DNA from: Dipteris shenzhenensis
Taxonomy: Eukaryota
Strand: one strand, 5' to 3'
Assembly: GCA_047967505.1 (NCBI GenBank)
Contig: CM106538.1
DNA: 64,000 nucleotides
Shown: piece by piece, positions 1-12,926 of the stretch
How the letters are laid out: every line of letters begins with the position of its first letter
Numbering within the stretch: the first letter of the stretch is position 1
Notes under the pieces: generated by a model
The model's database searches: none
Told to the model about the DNA's origin: nothing
What the model saw: only the letters and a program-made list of their open reading frames with translations
Position numbers and translations under genes: made by a program

Positions 1-536
1 CCCTCCCCCGTCATCCCTCTCCCCCCCCGTTGCCCCCCTCCCCGCTGCCCCCTTCTCCTCCGCCCTCCCTCTCCCCTGCCAGCCCCCCCACCCCCTTCTC
101 CTCCCCTGCCCCCCTCCCTTGCCCTCCCTCTCCCCCCCCCAGCTGCTCTCCCCCTCCCCGCTGCCCCCTTCTCCCCTGCCCTCCCTCTCCCCCGCCAGCC
201 CCCCCGCCCCCTTCTCCTCCCCCACCCCCCTCCCTCCCCCTCCCTCTCCCCCCCCGCTGCTCTCCCCCCCAAGGAGACCCCCCTGGAAAAAAAAAGAAAG
301 AAAAAAAAACCTCCTCCCTCTTTCTCCTTGCCCCCTTCCTTCCTAACTTAGCTCCCCACGCCTCCCCCTCAGCCTACCTCCGTCTCCTCCTTCAGTCTAT
401 CCTCTCCTTCCCTTCCCCTCTCTCCTATCCTCTCTTTCTCCTTCTTCCTGCGCCCGCGTTCAGGGCGTCCTGGGCAGTAGTTTCACGGACGGAGCTTTTC
501 AAGTGTTGGAATCGGCCTTTTCACATCGATTGGCGA

Positions 537-2937
537 ATGGATCCCCATTCAGCCAATCTCCATCCACCTCCACCTGCCGCGAGAACCGTCATTTTTTCAG
601 AAGACGAGCTGCAGCAGCTCAAGAAATATGTGGAATTAGAGGGCTCCACATCACTTTTCGCCCGCATCTTTGGGTCACACCCTTCCAGATCACAGGCTAG
701 AGACTGGATGCTAGCGGCGTTACCAGGAGACCTCGCCCCACACCTCAGGGATATTCGACTTTTGGGACGTGGATTCTTCCAAGTGGTTTTCGACTCCCAC
801 GAGTCCACAACCCTTGTTCTCAAAGCTAATCCCCTGGCTTTGGGTTCGAGGAGGATCTTTCTTTTACCGTACACCTTGGGCTTCGATCCGGTCGAGCAGG
901 ACAGGCAGGTCACATCACTGTTCATTAGATTTCCTGGTCTTCCTCAGGTCTACCATCGACTGCTTGCCACTATCAGAGCCACATTCGGAGTGGTCACTAA
1001 GATCCCATCCCTTCCTGGCATGCCTTCTTCCTCGGCAAAGGCAGTCAGTGTAGACGAGGTGCCTCGTGTTAGGGTCATTGTCTCTGACCCTAACATCTCA
1101 GATGACCACATTATGCTTCAGCGTCCAGATGGCTCTCTCTTTCGATAGAGAGTCGAGATTTCAGGTAGACAGGACCAGTGCAGGATTTGCAGGACCCTTG
1201 GGCACTTTGCTAGAGACTGCCCAAGGAAGAGAAAAAGACCCAAGAGGTCTTCTGGTGCGGCTCCTTCACGTACTACCACGATTGCACCTCCCCAGCACCC
1301 TGTACTATGCATCTAGGACCGCCAAGAGCAACAAGGCGCCCTGCTTCGCGCACCCCAGGACCACCAGGGGCAGCAGGGTGCCCAATGCCCACAGCACACC
1401 CAGTACCACGATGGAGAGCTATCAGAGCGGCTCCCTTACCTCAGGAGGAGACTTTTGATCCTGTTCAGACAGACGCCTTCCAGACTCCAGAGGTGGATGT
1501 TGCTGCAGCCCCAGACACTACAGTTCCACATCAGGAGGGGCCTTTAGATCCACCAACCACAGTCACTTTGGTTTCTGACCCCTTGGTTTCTTTTTTTTCT
1601 TTTTCCAAGAAAAAGACTTCTATTAAGTAAGAGAAAAAACCCGCGAGAGCAAGCTCAAAGCAGAATACATCATGAAATCATGAGGATAAACAAAAAATCC
1701 CCTCAGAGTGAGGTGGAAAACAACCAAGGCTGAGGCTGAAAGTGCCACCTCAACCCTGTAGTAGTCTCAGAGAAGAAAGGAGAATCCTTCCATTCCCTGA
1801 AGAAAGGAGTCCTCCTAGCTGAGGCTGCACGGGAGTCTCCCTGCATACTAGTCCATACGGCCATCAAAGTATATACGGTGTCTGTCCAGATACTAGCCAA
1901 TGTGTGCGAGGGATGAACCTGAGTACCCTCCAAAGCCTTTGTGCATCTGGCTCTGCAGATATGCCAGGATGCTATGCTCGCTAGAATCTCCCAAGAAGTA
2001 TCCACAGAGGCATGTACAGCTGTAAAAGGAAGGTGTGGTACCACATCCAACGAACAGGACTCAGTCCGATGATGTCGAACCGAAATGGCCCGAGAGGAGT
2101 CAAATCTCTCATAAAAAACCTGAGGTCCTGTAAGAGAAAGCCAAGCCACTGAGCCCCATGTCATAAAAAATGGGGAGTGGGCAAAGTGACTGAAAATCCT
2201 GGCTACCCCCATCCAAATCATCCTCGCCTGTCTGCAATCCCATAAGCAATGCTGAATAGTCTCCGAAGCAGAGAGGCATTGAGGGCAAGTAGGGTCAGCT
2301 CCGAACCTGGACCTCCAAAGGTTCACTGCAATCCCACCATGGATAGAAAGCCAAAAGAAGATAGTGATCTTTCTATTCCTGTGGGATTTCCAGAGTCTCC
2401 TCCAAAAGCACCTCTGCAGATCCGCAGTGATATCAAATGTCTCCCAATGAGGAAGACCCCTTGGTTTTTGACCACGAGGGGGCTACAAGTACTTCCCCGC
2501 AGACTGTTCCTGCCACATTCAGGACAACCGAGAAAGTGCATGCGCAGATGAAGGCTCCTGATTCCTCTTCACCCTAGCCAGAGGCCTCCTCAACCCCCAG
2601 CTCCAATTCTGCTGATAGAGGCCTGGCAGGTCCTTCTCCTCCATCTTCCACGAGTCCACGTCTTCTTGGCACTCCTCGGCCAGACTTGCTTATCATGAAT
2701 TCTTTTTCGGCACTGGCAGATTCGGCGACTTTCATGGATGATGAGGAGTTTGTGCCCTCCACCTTAGGGGTCCTGGTCATTGGGATTCCTTCTGACAGGG
2801 CCTCCCTTTCAGCAGGTGTGGGGATCCTTTCACCTGTTGAGTTTCCTGCCCTCAGCAGGAGTGTTTCGGCCCAGGGGAAGCTGGTCTCCTCTACTAGGTC
2901 AGGTAAGCCTTTCCATCCAGCATCCTCCTGTCGATGA
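537..2937 (+). pseudogene. LINE ORF1 (RRM/DUF4283-like + zinc knuckle), disrupted
   Basis: Premature TAG at 1146-1148. The reading frame DPLV|FDHEGATS resumes across the nested insertion. The C-terminal NSFSAL...TRSGK motifs are shared with copies B and C. Confidence 0.85.
1590..2454 (-). mobile_element. 5'-truncated LINE (zf-RVT + 3' UTR + A-rich tail) nested in ORF1 of copy A
   Basis: ORF 1703-2326(-) has CPQC...ETIQHCLWDC. There is a T-tract at ~1590-1604 and a 13-bp TSD GACCCCTTGGTTT at 1577-1589 and 2455-2467. Confidence 0.93.
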
Positions 2938-4741
2938 GGATAGTCAGCTGGAACATACAGGGCCTAGGCGGAGTTCCACACCGTCGCCGTAGGCAGCTGA
3001 TCCAGAGCCAGCTTCATCTAGGCATCATTGGAGGTGCTATTGATATCCTTTTTATCCAGGAACACAGGCTGGATGCCATTGATTTCTCTAAGTTTGGCAA
3101 ACTGCTTTCAGGACATACCTTCTGGTCGCCTGCTATGGGCACAAGGGGAGGTACTTGCATTTCGGTCTCTCTTTCTATTCTCCCCTTGGTTGCTGGTCAT
3201 GGTATTATCTCCCCTTCTGGAGCTCAATGGATCATTATTTTGATTGGAGGGCGTAAGATTGGTCTTCTCAATCTTTATGCTCCCAACGACAGAGGGGAGT
3301 GGATCTCCCTTTGGAAGGAGCTACTCTCTTGGGCCCCCATTGTAGATTCTTGGATCATTGTGGCGACTTCAACATGGTTGAGTTGCCTTCAGACAAAAAG
3401 GGAGGCAGATAGGATGGAATTCATTCTTTGGAGAGGGCAGCCTGGGATGCCTTCCTCTTTCAGTTCAGTGGTAGGGACACTTGGTTGGATGATGCCTTTC
3501 ATATTATGCCACAGTCACTCCTGTACTCTTGGTCGAACAAGAGAATACACATGCCCATTCATGCACGGATTGATAGATTTTATGTAGACGATTGGGCACT
3601 TGACGGAGGAGGATCTGTGTGCATTTCTACTGAGGTTTCCACCTCAGATCATTTTCCAGTGGTGTTGCAGATTCTTGAGCCTCATCGGAGAGGACGCTCT
3701 GCCAGTGTCAGGATTCCGGATGCTTTTTATGTAGAGGAGAGCCTTACGAAGGATATTTTACAGATTTGGGTTTCTCACATACAGGGTGGAGCTGTCCACT
3801 CATCTTAGGTAGCTGCAGCCTTATCCGGAATTAGTGACTATTATCATACAGTCGTCGCTGATTCTAGGAGACGTGAGATTCTCAGATGTGAGATTGGTAT
3901 ACGCCAGTAGTTAGCGTCCCTTTAGAGGGAAGAGCAGAAGAGGCCCACAGATGCTTGGATTCAGGAGCGCCTTGCTGTAGCAAGGGCTCATTTGCAGACA
4001 TGTTGGATCAGAGAGCAGAATATGCCTTTCATGCACGGGAATCCTTTTGGATTCAGATGGGCGGTAGGGTCAACAAACACTTTTTCTCTACTCATGGGCC
4101 CAAACATAGTAGAGATAGTGTTTCGCAGCTTGTTGACTTAGACGGGGTGTTACAGTCAGATCTTGATGCTGTCATGCGTGTAGCTTTAGATTTTTTTGCA
4201 TCCCTTCTTACTGCAGATCCAAGCACACAGGACATTGATGATGCCAGAGAGGTTATTTGGCAGTGTATCCCTGTATTAGTGAAGGATGAGATGTATGTTT
4301 CTCTGGATGCACCTTTCACCAATGCAGAATTCAAGACTGCATTACTTGCCCTTCACAAGGGCAAGTGCCCAGGTTCAGATGGACTTACCCCCTCCTTTTT
4401 TATTACTTTTTGGAAGCAGATTGGTGATCACATTACATCAGCCCTACAGGGCGTGTGGGACTCTGGTGAGATGCCGGACTCACTTACAGATAGTCTCATT
4501 CATCTCATCCCAAAGGGGGGTAATAGGAATCTTGTGTCTCAATGGAGACCCATCACTCTATTGGGCACTTTTTACAATATTCTGGTGAAAGCCATTAGTC
4601 TACGGCTACAGGTTTTTCTTCCAGATTTGATTCATGACACGCAGACAGGGTTTGTGCATGGCAGAAGTATTTTTGATAATATTTGGGAGGCCTCAGAATG
4701 GGCCATGCAGAGCTGCCAGAGATTGGCCATTCTACTCTTGG
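2934..4741 (+). pseudogene. LINE ORF2 fragment (APE endonuclease + RT N-terminus), frameshifted
   Basis: ORFs 2934-3587, 3428-3808 and 3955-4782 join into EN-RT through frameshifts and stops. Confidence 0.92.
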
Positions 4742-7700
4742 ACTCCCCGCCGCCAAGCAAAATAAATCCAATGCTGTCCTGAAAGAAGTGAGCGTCTGTG
4801 GAGTGGCATCCAAGTAAACTGCTGTGTCATCTGCCAACTCACTGTCAAGTAACTCTTCTTCCCTTCTAATGGGATGTCTCAGCCCAATGATGTCAGCTTG
4901 AAATCTAACATAGATACTCATAGCTTCGGCCACGAATAAAAAAAGGAAAGGAGCAAGGGGGCATCCCTGACGGACTGATCTGAAAATCTGAAATCTCTCA
5001 CCCCTTACCCCACCAATAAGTACCTGGCTGTGGGCTGATCTATACAAGGAGGAAACACCTCTGATCCAAGCATTAGTAAACCCAAAACGTAGAAGGGTGC
5101 CCTCCAAAAAACCCCAATCTACTCTGTCATAAGCTTTCTCAAAATCCAAAAGTAGAATGGCTAGATTCTGACCGCTCTGCATGGCCCACTCTGAGGCTTC
5201 CCAGAAAGAGAAAATGTTATAAAAAATGCTTCTGCCATGCACAAATCCCGTCTGAGTTTCATGAATAAGATCTGGGAGAAGGGGCTGCAATCAGAGGCTG
5301 ATTGCCTTGGCCAGAATTTTGTAACAAGTCCCTAGAAGTGTGATAGGCCTCCATTGGGACACTAGATTTCTGCGACCTCCTTTCGGGATAAGGTGGATGA
5401 GACCTTCTGTAAGTGACCCGGGCATCTCACCAGAGTCCCAAATACCCTACAAGGCTGAAGTAATGTAGTCTCCAATCATATCCCAGAATGCAATGAAAAA
5501 AGAGGGGGTAAGGCCATCCGAACCTGGGCACTTGCCCTTGTGAAGGGCTGAAAGTGCAGTCCTAAACTCTGTGTTGGTGAAAGGTGCATCAAGCAAACAT
5601 GCATATCCGGTTTCACCAACAAAGGGATGCTCTACCAAATAACCTGTCTAGCATCCTCTCTATCCCGTGCCTCGGGATCAGCAGTAAGAAGGGCGGCATA
5701 AAAATTTGAAGCTATGCGCAAGACATCATCAGGATCTGTCTGTAAAACCCCATGTGAGTCAATAAGTTGGGATACACTCTCTCCACTATGTCTAGGGCCA
5801 AGAGTAGAGAAAAAGTGTTTATTGACTCTGCCACCCATCTGAATCCAGAAGGACTTCCGTGCATGAAAGGCATACTCTGCTCTTTGATCAAGCAATACCT
5901 GCTAATGAGCCCTTGCTGCAGCAAGGCGCTCCTGAATCCAAGCATCTGAAGGCCGTTTCTGCTCTTCCCTCTGCAAAGCTGCCAACTGCTGGCGAACACC
6001 AATCTCACGTATAAGAATATCTCGTCTCGTGGTACAAGCAACTGAGAGGTAGAAGTCGCTGATACCAGAAAGTGCAGCAGCTACCTGTGATGGCAATGGC
6101 TGCCCACCTTGGACATGAGAAACCCATATCTGCAGGGCTGCCTCTGTAAGGTCCTTCTCTATGTACAAGGCATCCGGAATCCTGATGCTGGTAGATCGGC
6201 CTCTCAAGTGAGGCTCTGAGATAGCCAGCACAACAAGAAAGTGGTCTGAAGTGGAAATCCCAGCAGCAATGCATACCGATCCACCTCTGTCAAGTGCCCA
6301 ATCATGTACATAGAATCTGTCAATACGTGCATGATAGAATCTGTCAATATCTGCATGAATAGGCATCTGCTGTCTCCTGTTCGACCAAGAGAATAGGAGG
6401 GACTGTGGCTGAATAAGAAAGGCATCGTCCAACCAAGTATCTCTGCCACAGTAGTGAAAAAGGAAGGCATCCCAAGCTGCTCTCTCCAAAGAGTGAAGTC
6501 CTCCTTCTCTACCCCCTTTTTTGTCTGACGGTAACTCAACCATGTTAAAGTCACCTCCAATCACCCATGAATCCGCAATGGGGGCCCAGGAGAGAAAATC
6601 CTTCCACATAAAGACACGTTCCCCTCTAATGTTGGAGGCATACAGGTTAAGGAAACCAACCTTACACCCTCCAATCAAGAGAATAATCCACTGAGCTCTA
6701 GATGGAATAATGACTCGTGTCCAACAACCAAGGGGAGAACCAACTGCGAAATTGAAATAGAAGTGCCCCCCCTGGTGCCCAAGGCAGGCGACCAAAAAGT
6801 ATGACCAGAAAGCAGTTTGCTAGACTTAGAGCAATCACTGGCATCCAACTTGTGTTCCTAATAGCACCTCCAGTGACACCTGGATGAAGCTGCAGTTGCC
6901 TACGGCGACGGTGTGGAATGCCGCCTAGGCCCTGTATGTTCCAGCTGACTATCCTCATCGACAGGAGGATGCTGGATGGAAAGGCTTACCCGACCTAGTA
7001 GAGGAGACCAGCTTCCCCTGGGCCGAAACACTCCTGCTGAGGGCAGGAAACTCAACAGGTGAAAGGATCCCTACACCTGCTGAGGGGGAGGCCTTGTCAA
7101 AAGGAATCCCAATGACCGAGACCCCTAAGGTAGAGGGCACAAACTTCTCCTCATCTATGAAAGTCGCCGAATCAGTCAGTGTCGAAAAAGAGTTCCTGAG
7201 AAGCAAGTCTGGCCGAGAAGTGCGAAGAAGACCTGCACTCGTGGAGGAAGGAGGCGAGGATGATCTGGAAAGGTGTTGCTAGGATTTTCAGTATCTTTCA
7301 TACAACACCTTTCTATATGACCTAGGGTTCAGTGGCTTGGTTATCTCGTACTGGCCCTCAGGTGTTTTTCGAGGGACATGATCTAGATCCAACTCTCATT
7401 GTACGACGACACTCAGTGGAGTCTTGTTCCCTCTAGGATGTTCCCTTCACTCCTTTCAGAGCTGCTCATGCCTCAGTAGACACGTCTTAGGAGATTCTGG
7501 CTAGCATTGCAGCTTGGCATATTTGGAGAGCTAGGTGTACAGAAGCTATGGAGGGTATCCAGGTCTATGGCCAGTATTTGGACCGACACAGTACACACTT
7601 TGATGGCCATATGGGCGAGCATGCAGGGATCTTCTAGAGCAACCACTGCCAGGAGAGTTACTTTTTTCAGAGTTTGGAGAGGATCTCCTTTCTTCTTTGA

Positions 7701-7870
7701 GTCTCCCTCAGGGTTGAGGTGGCATTTTCAGCCTCCGCCTTGGTTTTTTATTAGCTCATTTTGAACTGTTTTTTCCTCATGCATTGCATGATGTACTCCT
7801 GCATTTGAGCTTGCTCTTGCAGTTTTCATGCATACTTAATGAAGTAATTTTCTTGAAAAAAAATAAAAAA
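4742..7870. mobile_element. LINE copy B with 5' inversion: ORF1 end, EN and RT on minus (4742-~7255), then the 3' end and poly(A) on plus (~7255-7870)
   Basis: Minus ORFs 6955-7206, 6698-6958, 5902-6795 and 4595-5290 (LDFEKAYDRV, VRQGCPLAP, LADDT). Plus strand from ~7258 reads MIWKGVARIF...LRWHFQPPPWFF, with an A-tract at 7856-7870. Confidence 0.88.
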
Positions 7871-8170
7871 GAGGCTCATGTCTCAGCATGGATGCATGAC
7901 CAACTCATCGTTCTAGGAAACCAATGCATCACCATCCTGGAGCTCATATGCCAAGCTTGATAACTAGACCCTATCAATGCCAATACATGGCTCCCACAGT
8001 ACATCCCCATCTTGACTCCAGGGACTCATGAGGGACATGAAGTCACACACAAAAAAAAAAAACATCATTCTAGGAGGACTATCCAAGGCAAAGAACCTTA
8101 TTAACTTAACACACATCATTTATTTCATTCATTTTTTGGAAACAACCCAGGGCAAAGTACCCAAATATTA

Positions 8171-9295
8171 CTAACCATTATCTATTACTTTGGATAGATC
8201 ATGCAAAACAATAGATAAAGCTTGTCGGTCAGGTCTAGTAGATGTGACGTAAAGATTCTCGAACTTGGCTTTGATTTCCGTGGCTGAAGCAGTGGGGTCA
8301 AAGTAACGAAGTAATTTGTTATCCAACCTCATACCGATACAAGCCAATGCTTTCTCCCTACATGATATGACTTCTCCACGAGGACGAGCCTCCATGGTAC
8401 CAAATCGATCTAAGGTAGTGAAGTGGTGGACTAGTAGCTCCCACAGCTAGAAATCCAACGGGCAGAAGTGGTAGATGGAGCAGCAAATCGGGGGCACCAA
8501 TCAAGGCAGTTGGCAGCTGCAAATGGTACTTCAATTGATGTAGTAGATGGAAGTGCGCACGGGAATTAGCAGCAGGTTTGGGCGTGCATCCCGAGGCTAG
8601 AAGCAGCTGCAAATGGCGCGGTAATCAAGGCTGAAGCAGCTATTGTTGGCGGCAGTCTTGAGGCTGATGGCAAGGGCAGGAGCGTGAGCAGCAGTCCCGA
8701 GGGTAGCAGCTCCAAGGCGGACGGGCAGGTACAACTATACGGACAGCTTGGTAGAAGCGTACGGAGGGCTGGTACAACAGATCAGTAGGCCTGTTGTACG
8801 GCGCACCAGCCCGTACAGCCTGTATCGCTGTATGGGCTGGCTGTACGGCTGATTTGCACCTGATGGTGAGGCTAAAGGAGCGGCCGAATGCGAGGCATAG
8901 GTCTGGAAGGTGTAGCTGATGGAAGGGAGGCTCTACCTTGGAGGAGAGGGGAGCTTCCATTTGCGGGCTTCTCTCATGCTCTAGGTAGAGGAAGAAGAAG
9001 GGGAAGGTAGGAAGGGAGGTAGGGTGGACTAGGGAGAGAGATAGTGATACTCAAAGAGAGACTTAATGAAATGGAAATAAAATGACTAAAGCAATGAACA
9101 AAATGAAAGTACTCACATGTAGACGAAAGAGCTTGTACCTTGATACTTGATTGATTTGACACTAGACAAGTACAACTCTTATATAGAGCACACACACACA
9201 TATGAACACCAATGCATATTGGGTAACTCCCAATGTGACACGTGGCATCCATAGGACACACTAGACTAGAACTCACACTTAAACTCACTAGAACA
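8171..9295 (-). mobile_element. Truncated copia-like LTR retrotransposon fragment (LTR-like segment, leader, gag remnant)
   Basis: ORF 8171-8395(-) resembles copia gag (EKALACIGMRLD...SATEIKAKFENLY). The minus strand begins TGTT at 9295 and carries CTATATAAG. The PBS is not cleanly recognisable. Confidence 0.5.
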
Positions 9296-9319
9296 CACCA
9301 AACTGACTCATCTTGACGC

Positions 9320-9846
9320 CATTTCCTAACACTCTTGAGTCGAATATCTCCTCATCATGTAGCTGCATGCCCGCTAGACCGATAAGGAAATAGCCCAATG
9401 CCGCCATTGTGAACAAAAAACAAAAAAGAGGCCCTCCATCATGAACAAAAAATAGAAAAGGGGCCAAGGGGCAGCGCCTCTTCACTGGGGAGGAGAGAGA
9501 GAGAGAGAGCCTCCTCCTTGTGACCTAAAATCAACATCTAGCTGGAGTTGCTTACATAAACAACAGAAATCCTCATACCCACTGGTTCAAGAAGTTTATG
9601 GTCCCCTCCAAGAAGACCCAATGGGTCTTTCAGGGCTGCTATTGCCAAGATATCTAGTTGTCCCTTTTTCTCAGAGGGGTTACTATAGGATTGAGATGGC
9701 ATTTTCAGCCTTCGTCCTGGTTTTTTGGTTGACTAGAGCCCTACCTTTCAGTTTATTTTCATGCTATGCATGATGTATTTCTTGCCATGATTTCTGCTCC
9801 TTGGGGGGTTTTATTCCATACTTAATAGAAGTCTTTTTTCATGAAA
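9320..9846. mobile_element. Short degenerate LINE with an inverted RT fragment (minus) joined to a plus-strand 3' end
   Basis: Minus strand gives RRCPLAPFLF and EEIFDS (RT). Plus 9660-9846 matches the family 3' end (ttgagatggcattttcagcct...tacttaatagaagtc). Confidence 0.65.
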
Positions 9847-10157
9847 TGTCTTGTTTAGGTATCCTAGGGGGCCTACAAGTGCAAAGAAGAGGGGATGAAG
9901 GACAATGATTGTTTGTTTTCAACAACATTCAAAGTTATTGTTTCCATTATGTTGTTGTCATCATACGTGCATGTTTTGTATGTACGGCCTTACCCTTTCT
10001 TTAAAAGGTCCTTGGAAAACAATTTACATGGACTATCAAATGTTACCTCTGGGAGCCAAGATTCCTTGATAGAGGTGGGGGATCCTAAAAATGAGCTCTT
10101 GACATCAAGCTACAACAGAGTCTAAGAAGTCATAAAAGGGAAGAAGCAACAAGACAC

Positions 10158-10810
10158 TAGGTTGATTGAGTCACGTCAATTGCCGGAAGAGGAACTAAAC
10201 AAGAGTCCAGAGAAAGAGACTCCCTCAGGTCTTGGAGAATGTAACTCTAAACCTATAGGGCAGGCTGACACCCATGAAATACTCTGAAAAAACTGACTGT
10301 CTCTTGGAGAATGTAACTCTAAACCTATAGGGCAGGCTGACACCCATGAAATGCTCTGAAAAAACTGTCTGTCTGTCTGTCTGTAAGGGATGCACAAGGC
10401 CTAATGCAGAAAGAAACTCTGGATCTGATAGGGGAGCATGAAAATTGAGCACGTGGAGAAGAGGGAGGGACTGCCTTGATCAAGTTGCAAAAACTGAGTC
10501 TTGCACCAAATGTCAAACCTGGTTGATTCAGTCACATCGATTGCTGGAAGAGGAACTAAAGTGGAGTCCCATTTCCCATGAAATACTCTGGAAAAACTGT
10601 GCTAGGAATTGTTTGTAAGGAATGCACAAGGCCTAATGCAGAAAGAAACTCTGGAGCTGAGAATAGAGTGGAGCATGAACCTCAAAAAGAGGTAACCTCT
10701 GAAGTAGGAGGCACTCAAGATTCCATGTCAAGCAATGGGGGTTGCGTGAGTTGATGGGGAGAGGGAGGGGCTTCCTTGATTGAGCAGCAAGAACTGAGTC
10801 TGCCAAACGA
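10158..10810. repeat. Degenerate tandem duplications (72-bp unit x2 inside a ~360-bp duplicated block)
   Basis: tcttggagaatgtaactctaaacctatagggcaggctgacacccatgaaat occurs at 10230 and 10302. ggttgatt-agtcac-tc-attg...gaagaggaactaaa occurs at ~10161 and ~10521. Confidence 0.8.
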
Positions 10811-12926
10811 AGATCAGGTCAAGGGGCTCTTCCACTGTTCTTTTGGCGCCGGCATTGTTTCTGAGAACGAGAATGAAGTAGGGGTGGATCATCCTATATT
10901 TGATGCCAGGTTTTGGGCAAAGAGGAAGGTTCTCCCACTTTTTTGACATTGATGAAAACAATGAGAGAAGGCTTACTGACGAGGCCAGTCACCTGATGAG
11001 GTGAAGGCAGAGAACAAGGCAAGTGTCCCTACAGAGATGGAAGGGTGATCATCTTAGACGGGAGTGAGAACAGCTCATTGACTATGACCTTGAGGATGTC
11101 CAAGTGTAAGAGAACTACATTATAATCGATGATGGATCTTTAAAATTTCATGGGCATTACCTACCTGAGCCTCCAAATAGAGCATTGATCTGGGAGACTT
11201 CATAGGTAACAAGATGGAGCAAATAAAGTTTTCCTGGTTTCTTGATCTAACTAGATCGGGTTTCTTGATCTAACAATTCTCACTCTAATGAAGTAAGGGT
11301 TTGAGTTGGTGACTGCCCAGGATGATCTAGTGAATACTCTTTTTTACAATGTGATTGATGTACTGGCATCACATGAGATGAGTCCAAGTCTCTAAGAATT
11401 TAGACAGCATAAGGCTAACTGAGGGCTGAGGTATACTCCCAAAAAGGGAGAGGATTCAGAGCAAGGACCCATTGTGTCTAATCTCAAGATTCTAGCTGAA
11501 ATCAGGAGAAGTCTCTACTTAAAAGACGTGAGAAAGTATTGGGTCACTCTCTAACTGCTGAGTCAGACAGTTCAGATGTTGGGAGTCATTGCTGTGACAT
11601 TGATGTTGCGGGTGGTTTGTAGCTACTGATGCCTCTGGGGTGGTGTCATACAAACCTGCATATTTTCCCTCGAAACTCCCTCCTACACCACCTGTGTAAG
11701 CAAACGACTGTAGCTATCAGCTTCTCTTTAGCAGAAAACTACTGCGCACGATTTGCGCTCCAGAGTCCAAACCCCCTTCTACTCTACCTGTGTAAGAAAA
11801 CAGCTGTAACTAGCAACTTCTCTTATGTAGCAAATTTCAATCATGGAGTGGGGTACAAGATGTTTTGGATAGGCTAAAGTAGGAAACCTAGATTCCAATC
11901 ATGGCTTTGGGCCAGTCACTGGTGGAAGAAGATCTCCTACTACTTTTCTCTAGTGGTGCATGGAGGCCTTTCCATAGGTCCTTGGATTCCACATATCAGT
12001 GTGGCACAATCGGGGCTGAGGAGATGATCTCACACTGCTTATGGAGCGGCCCCTCAGCTCTGGAGATGTAGCAATGTCAACTCCATATCATCTCATCACA
12101 TATCTCTGTATGTTTAAATTGAGCCTTCTTAATTTGTTCTTTACCCTTTGACATATTCTCTGCAAATTGGTCAGCAGCAAGAACCCTTCCCTCAATTTAC
12201 ATGAATACATCTGGAAGGGTTTGATCATTCATAATTTTGAAGGGAGACTTGTTTGGTAGATATATGAGTAGAAGGTTGTAAGCAGCCTGTAGTCAAGGCA
12301 AGTAACCTAATGATAGCTCTATTGGAACTAATATATTATGCTTGACAAACAATATAAGATCAGCTATCTGTGAGCTCACCGATAAGAAGAAGCAGATACT
12401 GGCTGCTTTGCAGCCTGCTTCTAGCTCACTTCAATGATAGGGGAGCAGGTGCAGGTGATGGACTACACAAACCATCGAATTCCTCAATTTGTGAGAATGT
12501 AAAAAGGTGCTTGCAAGCCAGGCCATGCAGAATCTCAGACTTGCTCTGAGGTCTTCCCATGCACCCGGATATGTCATAGTATCAAGTCGTCACTGCCTCC
12601 TAGACATCATCCTCCACCAGCTGAGAAGAGCACTGCCTGGGGGACAATGTGATGTCAGGATCTCTCAATCATCTCCCCCACTCACTAGCTAAGCAGGGAT
12701 ATGACCTTAAAATGGAAGGTGGTCCACCTCTCTTTGAAGCAATATTCCTTGCTGTCAAGCAGTTCCAAGTAGGAGATAGGGTTCTTCCAATGAAGAATCA
12801 AATTAGTTGAAGATCACAAAAAAATAGGTAAATCTGGCAGTGAATTATCAAACAGTTTTTCTTGTCAAAAACAGATTTTATAGTAGGCTGATATTAGCAG
12901 ATTCATGGAGAATTTAGGGCACTCTT

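Larger units (their letters stand above)
1..4741 (+). mobile_element. L1-type LINE (copy A): C-rich 5' UTR, ORF1, and ORF2 endonuclease plus N-terminal RT; 3' half absent; interrupted by a nested LINE at 1590-2454
   Basis: ORF1 from ATG 537 has a DUF4283-like segment (IRLLGRGFFQVVFDS) and a CCHC knuckle (CRICRTLGHFARDC at ~1179-1220). ORF2 starts MRIVSWNIQGL at 2934, with APE motifs (FIQEH, NLYAP, RIDRFY, SDHFPV) and RT motifs (KCPGSDG, WRPITLL, QTGFVHGR). It stops at LAILLLD (~4741). Confidence 0.93.

Noticed and set aside
30-536. Proline-rich (extensin/formin-like) protein
   Set aside because: Translation artefact of the C-rich LINE 5' UTR with a TTG start; ORF1 more plausibly begins at ATG 537.
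1590-4741. Single twin-primed minus-strand LINE
   Set aside because: The 13-bp TSD and the restored ORF1 frame show that 1590-2454 is a nested insertion into copy A.
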